Part shown: positions 1-9,229 of the stretch, piece after piece | Layout: every line of letters begins with the position of its first letter | Position numbering within the stretch: position 1 is the stretch's first letter | Sequence record: PV037725.1 | Reading direction: 5' to 3' (one strand) | DNA: 64,000 nucleotides | The notes under the pieces: generated by a model | Databases searched by the model: none | What the model was told of the DNA's origin: nothing | What the model saw: the letters and a program-made list of their open reading frames with translations, nothing else | Position numbers and translations under genes: made by a program

Positions 1-894
1 TTCAACAATGAGATTTATGAGCTTAGCCGAGCTGTTGAGGGTGGACGTGGTGTTGGTGAAGACAAGTTCCGTAAAGACGTAAAGGATAAGTATCTTGCTT
101 TCCTTGATATGTTTACCGATCGTCTGCAAAGACACATCGATGACAAACAGAACCCACACGTAACTACAAAAGCACATATCAAATTGGGTCTTGTACAGAA
201 CTATCGTTTAGCCTCGGTACAGGAATCACGTCAAGGTACGTCTAACGTGCTTTACCAGACACCCGAACTGAGTTGGCAGACCCTTGATAACCTTGCGTTA
301 CAACCATTGAATCTGCACGTCACTAACTACAGCAACCCACACCAGACAACTCCTGAGAAAATTGATTCGCCGCGCAAACCCGTGGTTGAGGATACAATCA
401 ACAGCAAGTACCTAGATTCGGAAACTGTAGCTAACGCCAACACTTTCATGAATGGTAATACATCGTATACGTATTCTGAGTACTACAATTACGTCAGGTC
501 TAATCTTGAGGCACTTAACTTTGCATCTGGTTCCACTAACGCAGCATATGGATACCTTAGCCCATATCGCATGGGTCGTGGCATTCCGAATGTAAACGCG
601 GTACTCCGGTCAGGTCCTAATCCAACGTGGCAGTCTATTGACTCGTTGATCATTGAAGCTCAACCCAAAGTTTCGTCTGGTCTGTTACACCTATCTTTCC
701 CAGGGGCAAGTCCAACAAGTGCCTTCAACCAGGCTATTGTCCATCCGTGGGCATACACGGCTTCAGTAGGTTCGATTATTTGCTATCGGATATATGAGCA
801 GTACGTATGGGGTGCCGGTAACGGTACGTATACTTCTGGACACAATGTTTTGTACATTGCTTATAAGTCAGCCAACGGTTGGGTTCAAGTGTGA
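1..894 (+). CDS. Tail-fibre/baseplate-associated virion protein, 5'-truncated by the window edge
   Basis: Frame 1 is open from base 1 to TGA at 894. Two H-x-x-x-x-x-N-P-H motifs (HIDDKQNPH, HVTNYSNPH) are shared with the next two genes. Confidence 0.6.
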   Translation, partial: FNNEIYELSRAVEGGRGVGEDKFRKDVKDKYLAFLDMFTDRLQRHIDDKQNPHVTTKAHIKLGLVQNYRLASVQESRQGTSNVLYQTPELSWQTLDNLALQPLNLHVTNYSNPHQTTPEKIDSPRKPVVEDTINSKYLDSETVANANTFMNGNTSYTYSEYYNYVRSNLEALNFASGSTNAAYGYLSPYRMGRGIPNVNAVLRSGPNPTWQSIDSLIIEAQPKVSSGLLHLSFPGASPTSAFNQAIVHPWAYTASVGSIICYRIYEQYVWGAGNGTYTSGHNVLYIAYKSANGWVQV

Positions 895-903
895 GGTAAT
901 AAA

Positions 904-2280
904 ATGATTCCAGTATTACAACCACTACCAATCGACTGGAGTGGTAAGTCGCAACACAACCGGACTAAGGGTGAGATTCATAACCTGTCGACTCAGTCCG
1001 GTATGCCATACCGCATCATCGTAATGGAACGTGGTTATTTCTATACTGACGATCTATTCATGATTGACTCTCGCGGTTATAAGTTACAGACCACCGACTA
1101 TCAGTGCATTGCACCTAGTCGAGATCTGTTTAATGAAGTCAAGAAGACGGCGTGCGCGGTTATCCTGATTACGAATCCAGACGTAGGTAATATCGTTCGA
1201 GTGGATGCGCAGATGGTGGGCGGACAATACTGCTCGCTGAATCCAGCGATCTTAGAGACGGCTATTAACGTTACCATGGCAGCCAACCGTAAAGTCTATT
1301 GGAAGGATCTGACGGATAAGCCTGATGCTTATCGACCAAATGGTCACTTACATGCACTGTGGGATCTTTTTGGGTTCACTGAGCAAACAGGGATCATTAA
1401 ACGAATGACTACGGCAATGGATAAAACTGTTGCTAAAGAATTCGTTGGGTTATTCGATGAGTTCATGATTAAGTGGACTCCTATCGATAACGGGATGCAA
1501 GACATTGAGAACCGGTTGACCACCCACATCAATGACACTGAGAACCCACACCAAGTCGACAAGATTCAGGCTGGCCTTAGTAATGTCTCCAATGGACCTG
1601 TGGCAACTCAGGCTGATGCGCAGTTCAGTAGTGATACCAATCGGACGTCATATACAACACCGTTACGGACTAAACAATCGATTGATGCGAACTTCACCCC
1701 AAGGTTGACTGAGCACATTAATGATCTGAATAACCCGCACGCAGATACCGCAGCTAAACTTGGCACCCTGACAAATCTTGAATTCCGATTACTAGCCAAC
1801 CAGTATTACAATCGTGGTGACACTACCGCTCAAACAAATCGTATTGCCGGTAGGACATTCTCGGAGTATACCAACTATATTCGAACGGGTATTAACGTTG
1901 CTGAGATCACCACTGGCATCTTACCTCAGACTAACTATGTTCAGGTACCTCGCGATGTAGATTACATTCTACAACCTTCGGCTTCGGGTTATCTTGAGTG
2001 GCGCCCATATAAGCAAGCGATTGAACAGTGGGTCAAGAAGGGTAACAACATCCTTTACGCAGGTAACTACGGTTCTAACTCAGATGCAGGTGCTGAAGCG
2101 TTCTTGGCCTCCGTGTTAGGGGTAAACCATCCAAATGGTACAATCGGTATTTACCGAGCTTATCAAGCATGGGGTATCGGTACAGGTAACGGTGCTATCA
2201 CCACTACAGTTACATCAACAGGTATGGCTGTATTATTGAATGGTGCATGGCGAACTCGACCTGGTACCTACGACATTTAA
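904..2280 (+). CDS. Tail-fibre-associated virion protein (paralogue 2)
   Basis: 458-aa ORF with GAGGT RBS. Motifs HINDTENPH and HINDLNNPH. C-terminus (GTIGIY...GTGNG) resembles the upstream gene. Confidence 0.6.
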   Translation: MIPVLQPLPIDWSGKSQHNRTKGEIHNLSTQSGMPYRIIVMERGYFYTDDLFMIDSRGYKLQTTDYQCIAPSRDLFNEVKKTACAVILITNPDVGNIVRVDAQMVGGQYCSLNPAILETAINVTMAANRKVYWKDLTDKPDAYRPNGHLHALWDLFGFTEQTGIIKRMTTAMDKTVAKEFVGLFDEFMIKWTPIDNGMQDIENRLTTHINDTENPHQVDKIQAGLSNVSNGPVATQADAQFSSDTNRTSYTTPLRTKQSIDANFTPRLTEHINDLNNPHADTAAKLGTLTNLEFRLLANQYYNRGDTTAQTNRIAGRTFSEYTNYIRTGINVAEITTGILPQTNYVQVPRDVDYILQPSASGYLEWRPYKQAIEQWVKKGNNILYAGNYGSNSDAGAEAFLASVLGVNHPNGTIGIYRAYQAWGIGTGNGAITTTVTSTGMAVLLNGAWRTRPGTYDI

Positions 2281-2290
2281 GGGAGTCAGC

Positions 2291-3598
2291 ATGACTGATA
2301 TCACAATCTTACCATTCGACTTGACTGGTACGATGGTATCTAACCTACGCACGGGTGAGGAACATACCCTCACTCGGGTAACGGGTAGAACCAACCGTAT
2401 GTTTGCTCCTAAGTTTGGGGCATACTACAAAGAGTCGCTTGAAGTTAGAACCAGTGCGGGTGTAAAGCTCACCTATGACACTGACTACGTTTGCACGTAT
2501 TACTACGATGACATCTGGGACCTCAATGCCAAAGAGTGTTGCGCTATCATCGTTGTGACTAACCCAGCCATTGGTAATGATCTCAGGATTAGTTACCAAG
2601 CTGTAGGTGGTCCGTACGCGCTCAACCTTGATGAACTCAAAGAACTTCTTGAAGAGGTAGAAAATACCCCTGAATCTATCAAGTGGGAAGACATCCGGAA
2701 TAAACCATTACAGTTTCCACCTGAGTTACACTATCATGAGTACTGGCAACTGTACGGTCTTGAGTCTACTATTGAAAACCTTGAGTTGTTAGGTGAGGCA
2801 TGGACAGTTGGCCGGAAGGGTGTGTTAGCTGATAACCGTTACTACTACGAGAACTATATTGGCTTAGCTCAGAAAGCTCTCGATGATTATAGCGCCAAGG
2901 TTACGGCACACATCACTGACCGGTCTAACCCACACCTCACTGATAAAGAAAAGGTCGGCTTAGGGTTACTGAATAACTGGGGTATGGCTAACAGCCAAGA
3001 AGCTGCGACCCAAACCGTTAACAATAAGTACCAGCCTATTGGTGGGGTATACGATCAACTCGAAGCCAATATTTTCCCGGCATTCGACACACACCTTCGA
3101 AATCAGAATAACCCACACCGTGTGCAGTTAACTGACCCATTGCTTGATCTGTACAGTACCACTCAAATTCAGACAATGATTGATCTGCATTTGAAGCGAA
3201 CTGAGTCAGCGTACGACACTCAGGCTTTCCAGAACCTTACCCCTACTCAGTTGTACACTAACTTTAGAACCGGTCTGGATGCGAGTAACGTTACCGCTGA
3301 CAGCGTAATGCCACAGAACCTGATAGCCCCATCTATTCCCGGTTGGGTACCTGGGGATTACGTTCTGACTGGCGCAAACCAATACGTACTGTATTCGACC
3401 TTAATGAAGTCATACAACGATACCCAGGGTAGTGTGTATTACATCGGCTCCACGGCGTTAGCCAGTTGGGCGCATCTTAGTACGGGTACGTATGTTATCT
3501 ACGGTGCACAGACTGATTACAACGATCGTCGTACAATGCCATACCTTGCAGTATATGAGAAAACAGGCCCAGGTAATTCCTGGGTACAAGTAGCCTAA
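2291..3598 (+). CDS. Tail-fibre-associated virion protein (paralogue 3)
   Basis: ATG 2291 follows GGGAG. Motifs HITDRSNPH and HLRNQNNPH. N-terminal half aligns by eye with 904..2280 (xPxDxxG start, WxDxxxKP, HxxWxLxG). Confidence 0.6.
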   Translation: MTDITILPFDLTGTMVSNLRTGEEHTLTRVTGRTNRMFAPKFGAYYKESLEVRTSAGVKLTYDTDYVCTYYYDDIWDLNAKECCAIIVVTNPAIGNDLRISYQAVGGPYALNLDELKELLEEVENTPESIKWEDIRNKPLQFPPELHYHEYWQLYGLESTIENLELLGEAWTVGRKGVLADNRYYYENYIGLAQKALDDYSAKVTAHITDRSNPHLTDKEKVGLGLLNNWGMANSQEAATQTVNNKYQPIGGVYDQLEANIFPAFDTHLRNQNNPHRVQLTDPLLDLYSTTQIQTMIDLHLKRTESAYDTQAFQNLTPTQLYTNFRTGLDASNVTADSVMPQNLIAPSIPGWVPGDYVLTGANQYVLYSTLMKSYNDTQGSVYYIGSTALASWAHLSTGTYVIYGAQTDYNDRRTMPYLAVYEKTGPGNSWVQVA

Positions 3599-3607
3599 GG
3601 TGACAAA

Positions 3608-4213
3608 ATGACTGAAGAAACTAAAACCCCACGTGAATACCCTAACCGTATTCCTGCAACAGCTTTATTCAACCGCCTTAACGGTGAACTCGTATCGGTA
3701 TCCAGTTCACCTCTTGGTGAATCACAGCACAACGAAGAATATTACATTGCTCGTGAGGTAATGTACGACTTCGGTGCCAATGGTGACAAGATCGAGGGTA
3801 ATATCCTCATCAGTCCTAACGGCGTAATCACGGATAACTTCAAAGTACTTGCTGCGGATGAACAAACCCCGACGGTATATGAAGCCCAGTTGAATGCCAT
3901 GGCGGCACAGAAGATCACAAAAATGTACCCGCTGACTAAACAACTTAACTTGTTGGTGGCATGTGTTAATCGCTTGGGTAAGGAACATGATCTTCTAGAA
4001 ACAGAAGAGTTTGATACATTGAACGAAATGGTTGAATACATCAATTATTGCGTACAAGTCAACCAGACTAAGAAAGAGCATTATGCCAATGACCCAACAG
4101 TTAAATACGTCAGTGACGAAGCCGCAGCTGAAGCCGTGTCCCGTAGCATGGAAGGCGGCATCCATGAAGAAATTGGCCCAAGAACTATTACCGGTGGTCG
4201 CGTTTGGAGCTGA
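3608..4213 (+). CDS. Hypothetical protein, possibly tail-fibre assembly chaperone
   Basis: 201-aa ORF with AAGGT RBS, directly after the fibre genes. KITKMYPLTKQLN segment resembles fibre-chaperone-type proteins; function inferred mainly from position. Confidence 0.35.
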   Translation: MTEETKTPREYPNRIPATALFNRLNGELVSVSSSPLGESQHNEEYYIAREVMYDFGANGDKIEGNILISPNGVITDNFKVLAADEQTPTVYEAQLNAMAAQKITKMYPLTKQLNLLVACVNRLGKEHDLLETEEFDTLNEMVEYINYCVQVNQTKKEHYANDPTVKYVSDEAAAEAVSRSMEGGIHEEIGPRTITGGRVWS

Positions 4214-4646
4214 TGACGCCAAACAGATTGTCGAGTACTTGGAAGACATCGATCCAATTTACTGGTTCCATCGCTTAAAGATCAATAGTATTCCAACTAA
4301 GGGTACAACCGAGGCGGACTATTGGTTTATGGGTGATGGTCAGATGCCACGCGAGTTGAAGCATTACTTGAATGAACTGGCTCCAACTATTGATGGGTTT
4401 AAGCCTACTGAGATCTGTTTAAATAGATACGAGGTTGGTAATGGAATGCCCGAGCATATTGACCGGGCATTTTATCGGTACAACATGGTTATCCCATTAA
4501 GTGATCATGGCGATGGTTTGTTCGTTGAAGACGAATGGTATGTAGATCAGCCTGGCTCTGGTTTAATAATGCCACTCAAGTCTCCACCCCATCACGTACC
4601 ACCTGTCACCCATCGGCGATACACCCTCATCTATCTTTACGACTAG
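4164..4646 (+). CDS. 2OG-Fe(II) oxygenase superfamily protein
   Basis: ATG 4164 after GGAAGG. LNRYEVGNGMPEHID (HxD), distal PPHHVPPV His, and RRYTLIY 2OG-binding Arg on a beta-rich core. Confidence 0.75.
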   Translation: MKKLAQELLPVVAFGADDAKQIVEYLEDIDPIYWFHRLKINSIPTKGTTEADYWFMGDGQMPRELKHYLNELAPTIDGFKPTEICLNRYEVGNGMPEHIDRAFYRYNMVIPLSDHGDGLFVEDEWYVDQPGSGLIMPLKSPPHHVPPVTHRRYTLIYLYD

Positions 4647-4654
4647 GTAATGTC

Positions 4655-5143
4655 ATGTACAAATATTTTGAACCACTACCAGAATCTGAAGTTAGTGAAC
4701 TGATTGAACTTTCTAAGGAAGTTAAGTTTACTAAAGCCGAGGGCTATCGTCGTCGGCGTGGTGCAAATGCACCAAAGGTTAATAGCGTTTACAATTTCTC
4801 CATGTGGTTTAATTGGAGAGCAGCCCAACGTAAACAATACAAAGATTACTTCCCAGCTACTGTTCGGGAAAAGATTGTGCAAGGTTGGTTCCTCGAGCTG
4901 CCACCCCACGTAGGATTCCTAGACCTTATGGACTACTGGGTTGGTAAACCACAATCTGGTCGAGTTATTGCAACGGCATTGAAAGACCAATCCATTTGGT
5001 TGGATGGCAAGGAACAACGACTGAGTGCTGGTCAACAAATCGGCTTTAGCTTGGAAACACTTCACGAGATTAAAACCTGCCGTGAAGGTGGTCTCTGGGC
5101 ATGTGTCATGTTCATGGGCTGTTATACCCAGCATGAAGATTAG
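4655..5143 (+). CDS. Cupin/double-stranded beta-helix protein, divergent dioxygenase-like
   Basis: ATG 4655 after AGGT. Pattern FLELPP...IWLDG...LSAGQQIGF...LHEI...LWACVM fits a DSBH fold. The proximal HxD is absent (DLMD). Confidence 0.45.
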   Translation: MYKYFEPLPESEVSELIELSKEVKFTKAEGYRRRRGANAPKVNSVYNFSMWFNWRAAQRKQYKDYFPATVREKIVQGWFLELPPHVGFLDLMDYWVGKPQSGRVIATALKDQSIWLDGKEQRLSAGQQIGFSLETLHEIKTCREGGLWACVMFMGCYTQHED

Positions 5144-5182
5144 TGCCCAATCCTACAATGACATTTACCCTGAGGATCTACC

Positions 5183-6079
5183 ATGGCTGATACAGTCGAA
5201 AACCCAATTGACCAACAGTTAATTAACGTAACCCGAACTTGCTACTCCGCATATCTACAGACTTCTAAGTATTTAGGACTGTCGCCATTTCGTGTTCTAC
5301 CACATACCACCTTGAACGAAAAGTTTAACATCCAATCGGGTATTGCACCAGCGGTAGGCGAAAGCCCTAACGTACGGTATCTCGTTATTGGTAACATGGG
5401 ACACTACACCGTAAAAGGTCCTGATGGTTCAGATGAGACCACTAACTATATTCACCGAGCTAACGATGCGGCACTGTACAACCAGATCCCATTTGTAATG
5501 CGTGAAGTGAATGACGACATTCCATCTGATCGCCGTGATACCTATTGCTTGCGTACAACTGAAACCGTTGGCGGTAAGAACTACATCGTTTACTACGGTC
5601 GCCGTTTGAACATGACTGGTATCCAACCACAACTGTTAGAGCTGACTGTAATCAATGGTATCATCACCGCTACCCCTTACACTCCAACCGTTGATGACTT
5701 GAACCCTGTCCCACCCGTTATTTCTACATCGGGTACTGTGATCGGTTCGAACAAAACTGTTTCGGCATCGGCTATCGTTAAGGTCTCTCTGAGCGCAGAG
5801 GAGATCCGTGACATCACTAATGCATATCGCATCCGGACTGGGTCTACTCGCTCTCCTACGATCTCTGAGATGGGTCTGTGCTCGGGTGTTGACAGACGGG
5901 TCACTGCCGCTGGCACTAACTTCCAATACAACGAAGTTATCGCTTGTCAGGTCAACGTGTTCATTGCTACCAACCACCCTATCGGCTACAACTCAAGTGG
6001 CCTGGATCTCACCTTCGATATCGGTGGTGTTGAACCAATGTTGGGTTCTAATGCGGTGCAACAAGCAACCTTCCGCTAA
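5183..6079 (+). CDS. Virion structural protein (phiKZ gp139-like by synteny)
   Basis: 298-aa ORF with GAGG RBS and typical codon usage, immediately upstream of the resolvase as in phiKZ-like phages. Confidence 0.5.
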   Translation: MADTVENPIDQQLINVTRTCYSAYLQTSKYLGLSPFRVLPHTTLNEKFNIQSGIAPAVGESPNVRYLVIGNMGHYTVKGPDGSDETTNYIHRANDAALYNQIPFVMREVNDDIPSDRRDTYCLRTTETVGGKNYIVYYGRRLNMTGIQPQLLELTVINGIITATPYTPTVDDLNPVPPVISTSGTVIGSNKTVSASAIVKVSLSAEEIRDITNAYRIRTGSTRSPTISEMGLCSGVDRRVTAAGTNFQYNEVIACQVNVFIATNHPIGYNSSGLDLTFDIGGVEPMLGSNAVQQATFR

Positions 6080-6088
6080 GGACTTAAT

Positions 6089-6652
6089 ATGTTAGTGATG
6101 CCTAAAAGCAAAGAGCCTTTTAGAATCGCTGGATTTGACCCAGGTGCAAATCTGGGTTTAACTTATCTTGAAAATGCATTGGATGGATCTCATCCGATTG
6201 TTAGACGTGTTGAGACTGAGAAACTAAATCCAGCAAGCTATGGCTTTAAAGATGTTGCAGAGATTCATGGTGCTCGGGTAGTACGCCTGATGATCATGTA
6301 CGACCGCATAACTGAGTTCCTAAGAGAAGTCAAACCCCATGGCGTAGTCGTGGAGGGTAACTACCTTGGACGCTTTGCAAACGCCTTCGGCTCACTTGTC
6401 GAATGTGTTGCAGTTATACGTAGTGCAGTGTATGCCTATGATCCATTCATGCCTTTACATCTAGTTGACCCGACTACTGTTAAAACTAACATTGGGATGG
6501 TTCGCATCAGAGGGACTGATAAAGAAGACGTGCGTAAAGCTTTAAAGAACCTGAAGACTATTGAATGGGATGGGATCAATATTGATGATCTCGATGAACA
6601 CTCTATTGACTCGGTAGCTATTGCATACTACTACTCATCCGTCCTACTCTGA
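6089..6652 (+). CDS. ruvC: RuvC-like Holliday junction resolvase
   Basis: RNase H-fold catalytic pattern IAGFDPG, VVVE, VKTNIG...KEDV, DEHSIDSVAIA. Confidence 0.85.
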   Translation: MLVMPKSKEPFRIAGFDPGANLGLTYLENALDGSHPIVRRVETEKLNPASYGFKDVAEIHGARVVRLMIMYDRITEFLREVKPHGVVVEGNYLGRFANAFGSLVECVAVIRSAVYAYDPFMPLHLVDPTTVKTNIGMVRIRGTDKEDVRKALKNLKTIEWDGINIDDLDEHSIDSVAIAYYYSSVLL

Positions 6653-6662
6653 GAGAGGCGCT

Positions 6663-7133
6663 ATGTTTACGTTCATTAAAGGCTTTGGTGTTAAAGCCAT
6701 TGCCATCACTGTTAGTGTAATCATTATTGCCCTGCTTGGGACCACCGTTTTCTATTACAAGGCTAACAATAGTCATTTAGTAGCAAACGGTGCTCTTAAG
6801 TCGGACAACGCGGTTATGCAGCAAAACGAAGTCTTCCAAGAATCTTCAGCTAAGATCACTGACAAAGTAGTTAATGATTTTGTTGTCGATACAATGAAGG
6901 CCAACACCGCTACGGAAAAGCTACGCACCGAGAGTATCCATGAATATGTCCAAACCGTTGAGGTCCAAAAGGATGGGGACAACTCGAAAGCTAGTGACCC
7001 TAATGGCGACATTCGCGTTGCTAAGCTTGCTAAGCGCTTGCACGACAACTACTGTCGTATCCGCCCCGAAGACCCCGACTGCAATCCCGTCAACTCTGTT
7101 GATGGACTGCGTAGTGGACAAGGCACCAAGTGA
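6663..7133 (+). CDS. Inner-membrane spanin (Rz-like)
   Basis: ATG 6663 after GAGAGG. N-terminal TM (AIAITVSVIIIALLGTTVFYY), helical periplasmic region, C-terminal Cys pair (YCRIRPEDPDC). Overlapped by a lipoprotein gene. Confidence 0.7.
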   Translation: MFTFIKGFGVKAIAITVSVIIIALLGTTVFYYKANNSHLVANGALKSDNAVMQQNEVFQESSAKITDKVVNDFVVDTMKANTATEKLRTESIHEYVQTVEVQKDGDNSKASDPNGDIRVAKLAKRLHDNYCRIRPEDPDCNPVNSVDGLRSGQGTK

Positions 7134-7329
7134 AATAGATCTTGTTAAGGCGACCCTTAGATTTCCTGAGGTTAAGGATATTTGGGAAGCTAGGTTCTTA
7201 GTGATGTATGATGCTTATTTAGGTCAGACATCTAACTTGGAAGACTGTGACTTGAGCAAGCGCGCGCTCCGCAGCTGGAACACTCAGCATATGGAGTTAA
7301 AGAATGACGCTCGAAGAACTGTTAAGTGA
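6973..7329 (+). CDS. Outer-membrane spanin lipoprotein (Rz1-like), overlapping the i-spanin in another frame
   Basis: ATG 6973 with GAGG about 9 nt upstream. Signal peptide MGTTRKLVTLMATFALLSLLSA-C (lipobox LSAC), then Pro-rich PKTPTAIPSTLLMDC. Confidence 0.75.
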   Translation: MGTTRKLVTLMATFALLSLLSACTTTTVVSAPKTPTAIPSTLLMDCVVDKAPSEIDLVKATLRFPEVKDIWEARFLVMYDAYLGQTSNLEDCDLSKRALRSWNTQHMELKNDARRTVK

Positions 7330-7717
7330 TCAGGGTTCTGCTCCACTTAGTAACAAAGTTAACGGGGCACCGTTAAGAGCTAATATTAACGCCGCGTTCA
7401 AAAGAGCAGGCGTACCGGTAATTGATGATACAACCCCGAGCGATCAAATCCTAGAAGCTATCTACGGATTGGAAGACGATATTGTCCGGGATAAGTTATT
7501 GAGTAAAGGCGTAACTGAAGTTAAGAGTGTATTAAACTTCAAACGTGTAATGTCAGTAACTGCCATCGTTCTTACTTTGGCCCTGCTACTGGGATTTGTC
7601 CGAGTAGTTAAAGGGGGTGATCCATTGACCGCTGAAGAGATCGATATGATCAAGACCATCGGCCTGGGCGCGTTTGACATGGTAAAAACTTTGTTTGGTA
7701 ATACCGTAACGCAATAA
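7304..7717 (+). CDS. Membrane protein, holin candidate
   Basis: One clear TM (VMSVTAIVLTLALLLGFV) plus an amphipathic C-terminal helix. Lies between the spanins and the endolysin. Confidence 0.35.
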   Translation: MTLEELLSDQGSAPLSNKVNGAPLRANINAAFKRAGVPVIDDTTPSDQILEAIYGLEDDIVRDKLLSKGVTEVKSVLNFKRVMSVTAIVLTLALLLGFVRVVKGGDPLTAEEIDMIKTIGLGAFDMVKTLFGNTVTQ

Positions 7718-7725
7718 AAAACACT

Positions 7726-7758
7726 ATAAAGCCACCCCTATTATGGGGTGGCTTTTAT
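7726..7758 (+). terminator. Intrinsic terminator hairpin
   Basis: AAAGCCACCCC-TATTAT-GGGGTGGCTTT followed by TATTATG, after the stop at 7717. Confidence 0.8.
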
Positions 7759-7811
7759 TATGCTATGTAGTCAAAGTAAATTTTTACATCAGTAACCGTA
7801 GAGGACTTCAC

Positions 7812-8363
7812 ATGAGTGATCGTTTTCCCTACAACCTGCCCTCGCGAGAGGCGCTTGTAGAACTGGTCCGCAGATCGGAGAACCGTCCTGACTTACGTGA
7901 CGAATATGTTACGTTTGAGGATTTGTTTTTTACTCCGTCTCTGGTGGAACCCGGTAGAACATATATTGAGATGATCGATCTACTCACTAGTCATAAAGAC
8001 TGGTTTGAGTTCCGTCGTCTGGACTTGGCAGATCCACGTTGCTTAGGTCCGTCGATTAGTATCGTTGTCCAAGGTGACGCAACGCCAGCTAACATTGCGT
8101 TGGAAATAAACCGCTCACGTAAAATGATGTTCGGTGAATCAGATGTTTCTTTCTCTGATGAATTGATCGCTTATACCGGTAACAGTTTTGAGTACGACTT
8201 CACGGCACTGTCGGGTAGCTACGCTTACTTTGGTAAAACAAAGGTACAAGTTACGGTTGTCCCAACAACACCGTGGACACGGTATAAAGAAGATAAAGCC
8301 ATCCGCTATACAGAGGAAGGTGTTGAGCGTGAGATTGAACATAAGCTAACTACTTGGAGTTAA
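7812..8363 (+). CDS. Virion structural protein of a jumbo-phage paralogue family
   Basis: ATG 7812 after GAGGA. FRRLDL and ALSGSYAYFG-x-x-x-V motifs resemble the phiKZ-type tail paralogue N-terminal domain; similar to 24341..24826. Confidence 0.45.
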   Translation: MSDRFPYNLPSREALVELVRRSENRPDLRDEYVTFEDLFFTPSLVEPGRTYIEMIDLLTSHKDWFEFRRLDLADPRCLGPSISIVVQGDATPANIALEINRSRKMMFGESDVSFSDELIAYTGNSFEYDFTALSGSYAYFGKTKVQVTVVPTTPWTRYKEDKAIRYTEEGVEREIEHKLTTWS

Positions 8364-8365
8364 AT

Positions 8366-9157
8366 GTGGCTATCCTAAAAAATGGTTCAAGAGGTGAGCA
8401 AGTAGCTAACCTACAACGTAAACTTACATCACTTGGTTATACACTTAAAGATGATGGTGTATTTGGTGACGACACTGAGAAAGCAGTTAAGGCTGTCCAA
8501 CTACGGTTCCATCTTAAAGACGACGGTGTTGTAGGGGACAAAACTTGGGCCGTCTTGGATACACCAACGAAGACGCTTCAGGCTTTAACTGAAGCTGATT
8601 ACCAGTGGGCAGCAGACTTCTTACAAGATGACGTACCATCAGTAAAAGCCGTCCGTGAAGTAGAAGCACCATTAGGTGGTTTCTTGCCAGATGGTCGAGT
8701 TACAATTCTTTATGAACGCCATGTCATGTATCGTCAGCTTTACGCAAATGGTAAAGACCCAGATCAAGCCGCTGCATTAAATCCATCGATCGTCAATAAG
8801 AAGACTGGTGGTTATTTGGGTAAGGCCGCTGAATATAAGCGGTTAGAAGAAGCTAAGAAAATCCACGAGGTTTCAGCCCTTGAATCATGTTCATGGGGTG
8901 CTTACCAAATCATGGGGTATCATTGGAAACTTCTGGGCTTTAGCAGCGTATTTGAATTCGTTGCGAAGATGCAAGAATCTGAGCGTGGGCAACTCGAATG
9001 CTTTGTAAAATTCATCAAGGTAAACCCCGCATTACTTAAAGCCATCCGTATGGATGACTGGGTAACGTTCGCCAAAGGCTACAACGGGTCGAACTATCGT
9101 GCGAACAATTACGACGTGAAATTAAGTGCGGCGTTTAAGAAGTTCGGCGGGAAATAA
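8366..9157 (+). CDS. Modular endolysin: N-terminal peptidoglycan-binding domain plus N-acetylmuramidase (DUF3380-type) domain
   Basis: GTG 8366 after GGAG. LKNGSRGEQVANLQRKL...DDGVFGDDTEKAVKAVQ...DGVVGDKTW (PG_binding_1). VEAPLGGF...ILYERH, SWGAYQIMGYHW and FAKGYNG...NYDVKL (muramidase). Confidence 0.9.
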   Translation: MAILKNGSRGEQVANLQRKLTSLGYTLKDDGVFGDDTEKAVKAVQLRFHLKDDGVVGDKTWAVLDTPTKTLQALTEADYQWAADFLQDDVPSVKAVREVEAPLGGFLPDGRVTILYERHVMYRQLYANGKDPDQAAALNPSIVNKKTGGYLGKAAEYKRLEEAKKIHEVSALESCSWGAYQIMGYHWKLLGFSSVFEFVAKMQESERGQLECFVKFIKVNPALLKAIRMDDWVTFAKGYNGSNYRANNYDVKLSAAFKKFGGK

Positions 9158-9229
9158 ATACCCAACACTATGAGTCTTATTTAAGTGAAAGACGAATAGT
9201 TGATTACACTATTTCTGAAGGAAAGTAAA

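Noticed and set aside
4640-5143. Stop-codon recoding (TAG or TGA reassigned), as in some large phages
   Set aside because: Genes end cleanly at TAG (4646, 5143, 32720) and TGA (894, 24826, 32269) with the next gene starting right after; the standard code gives dense packing.
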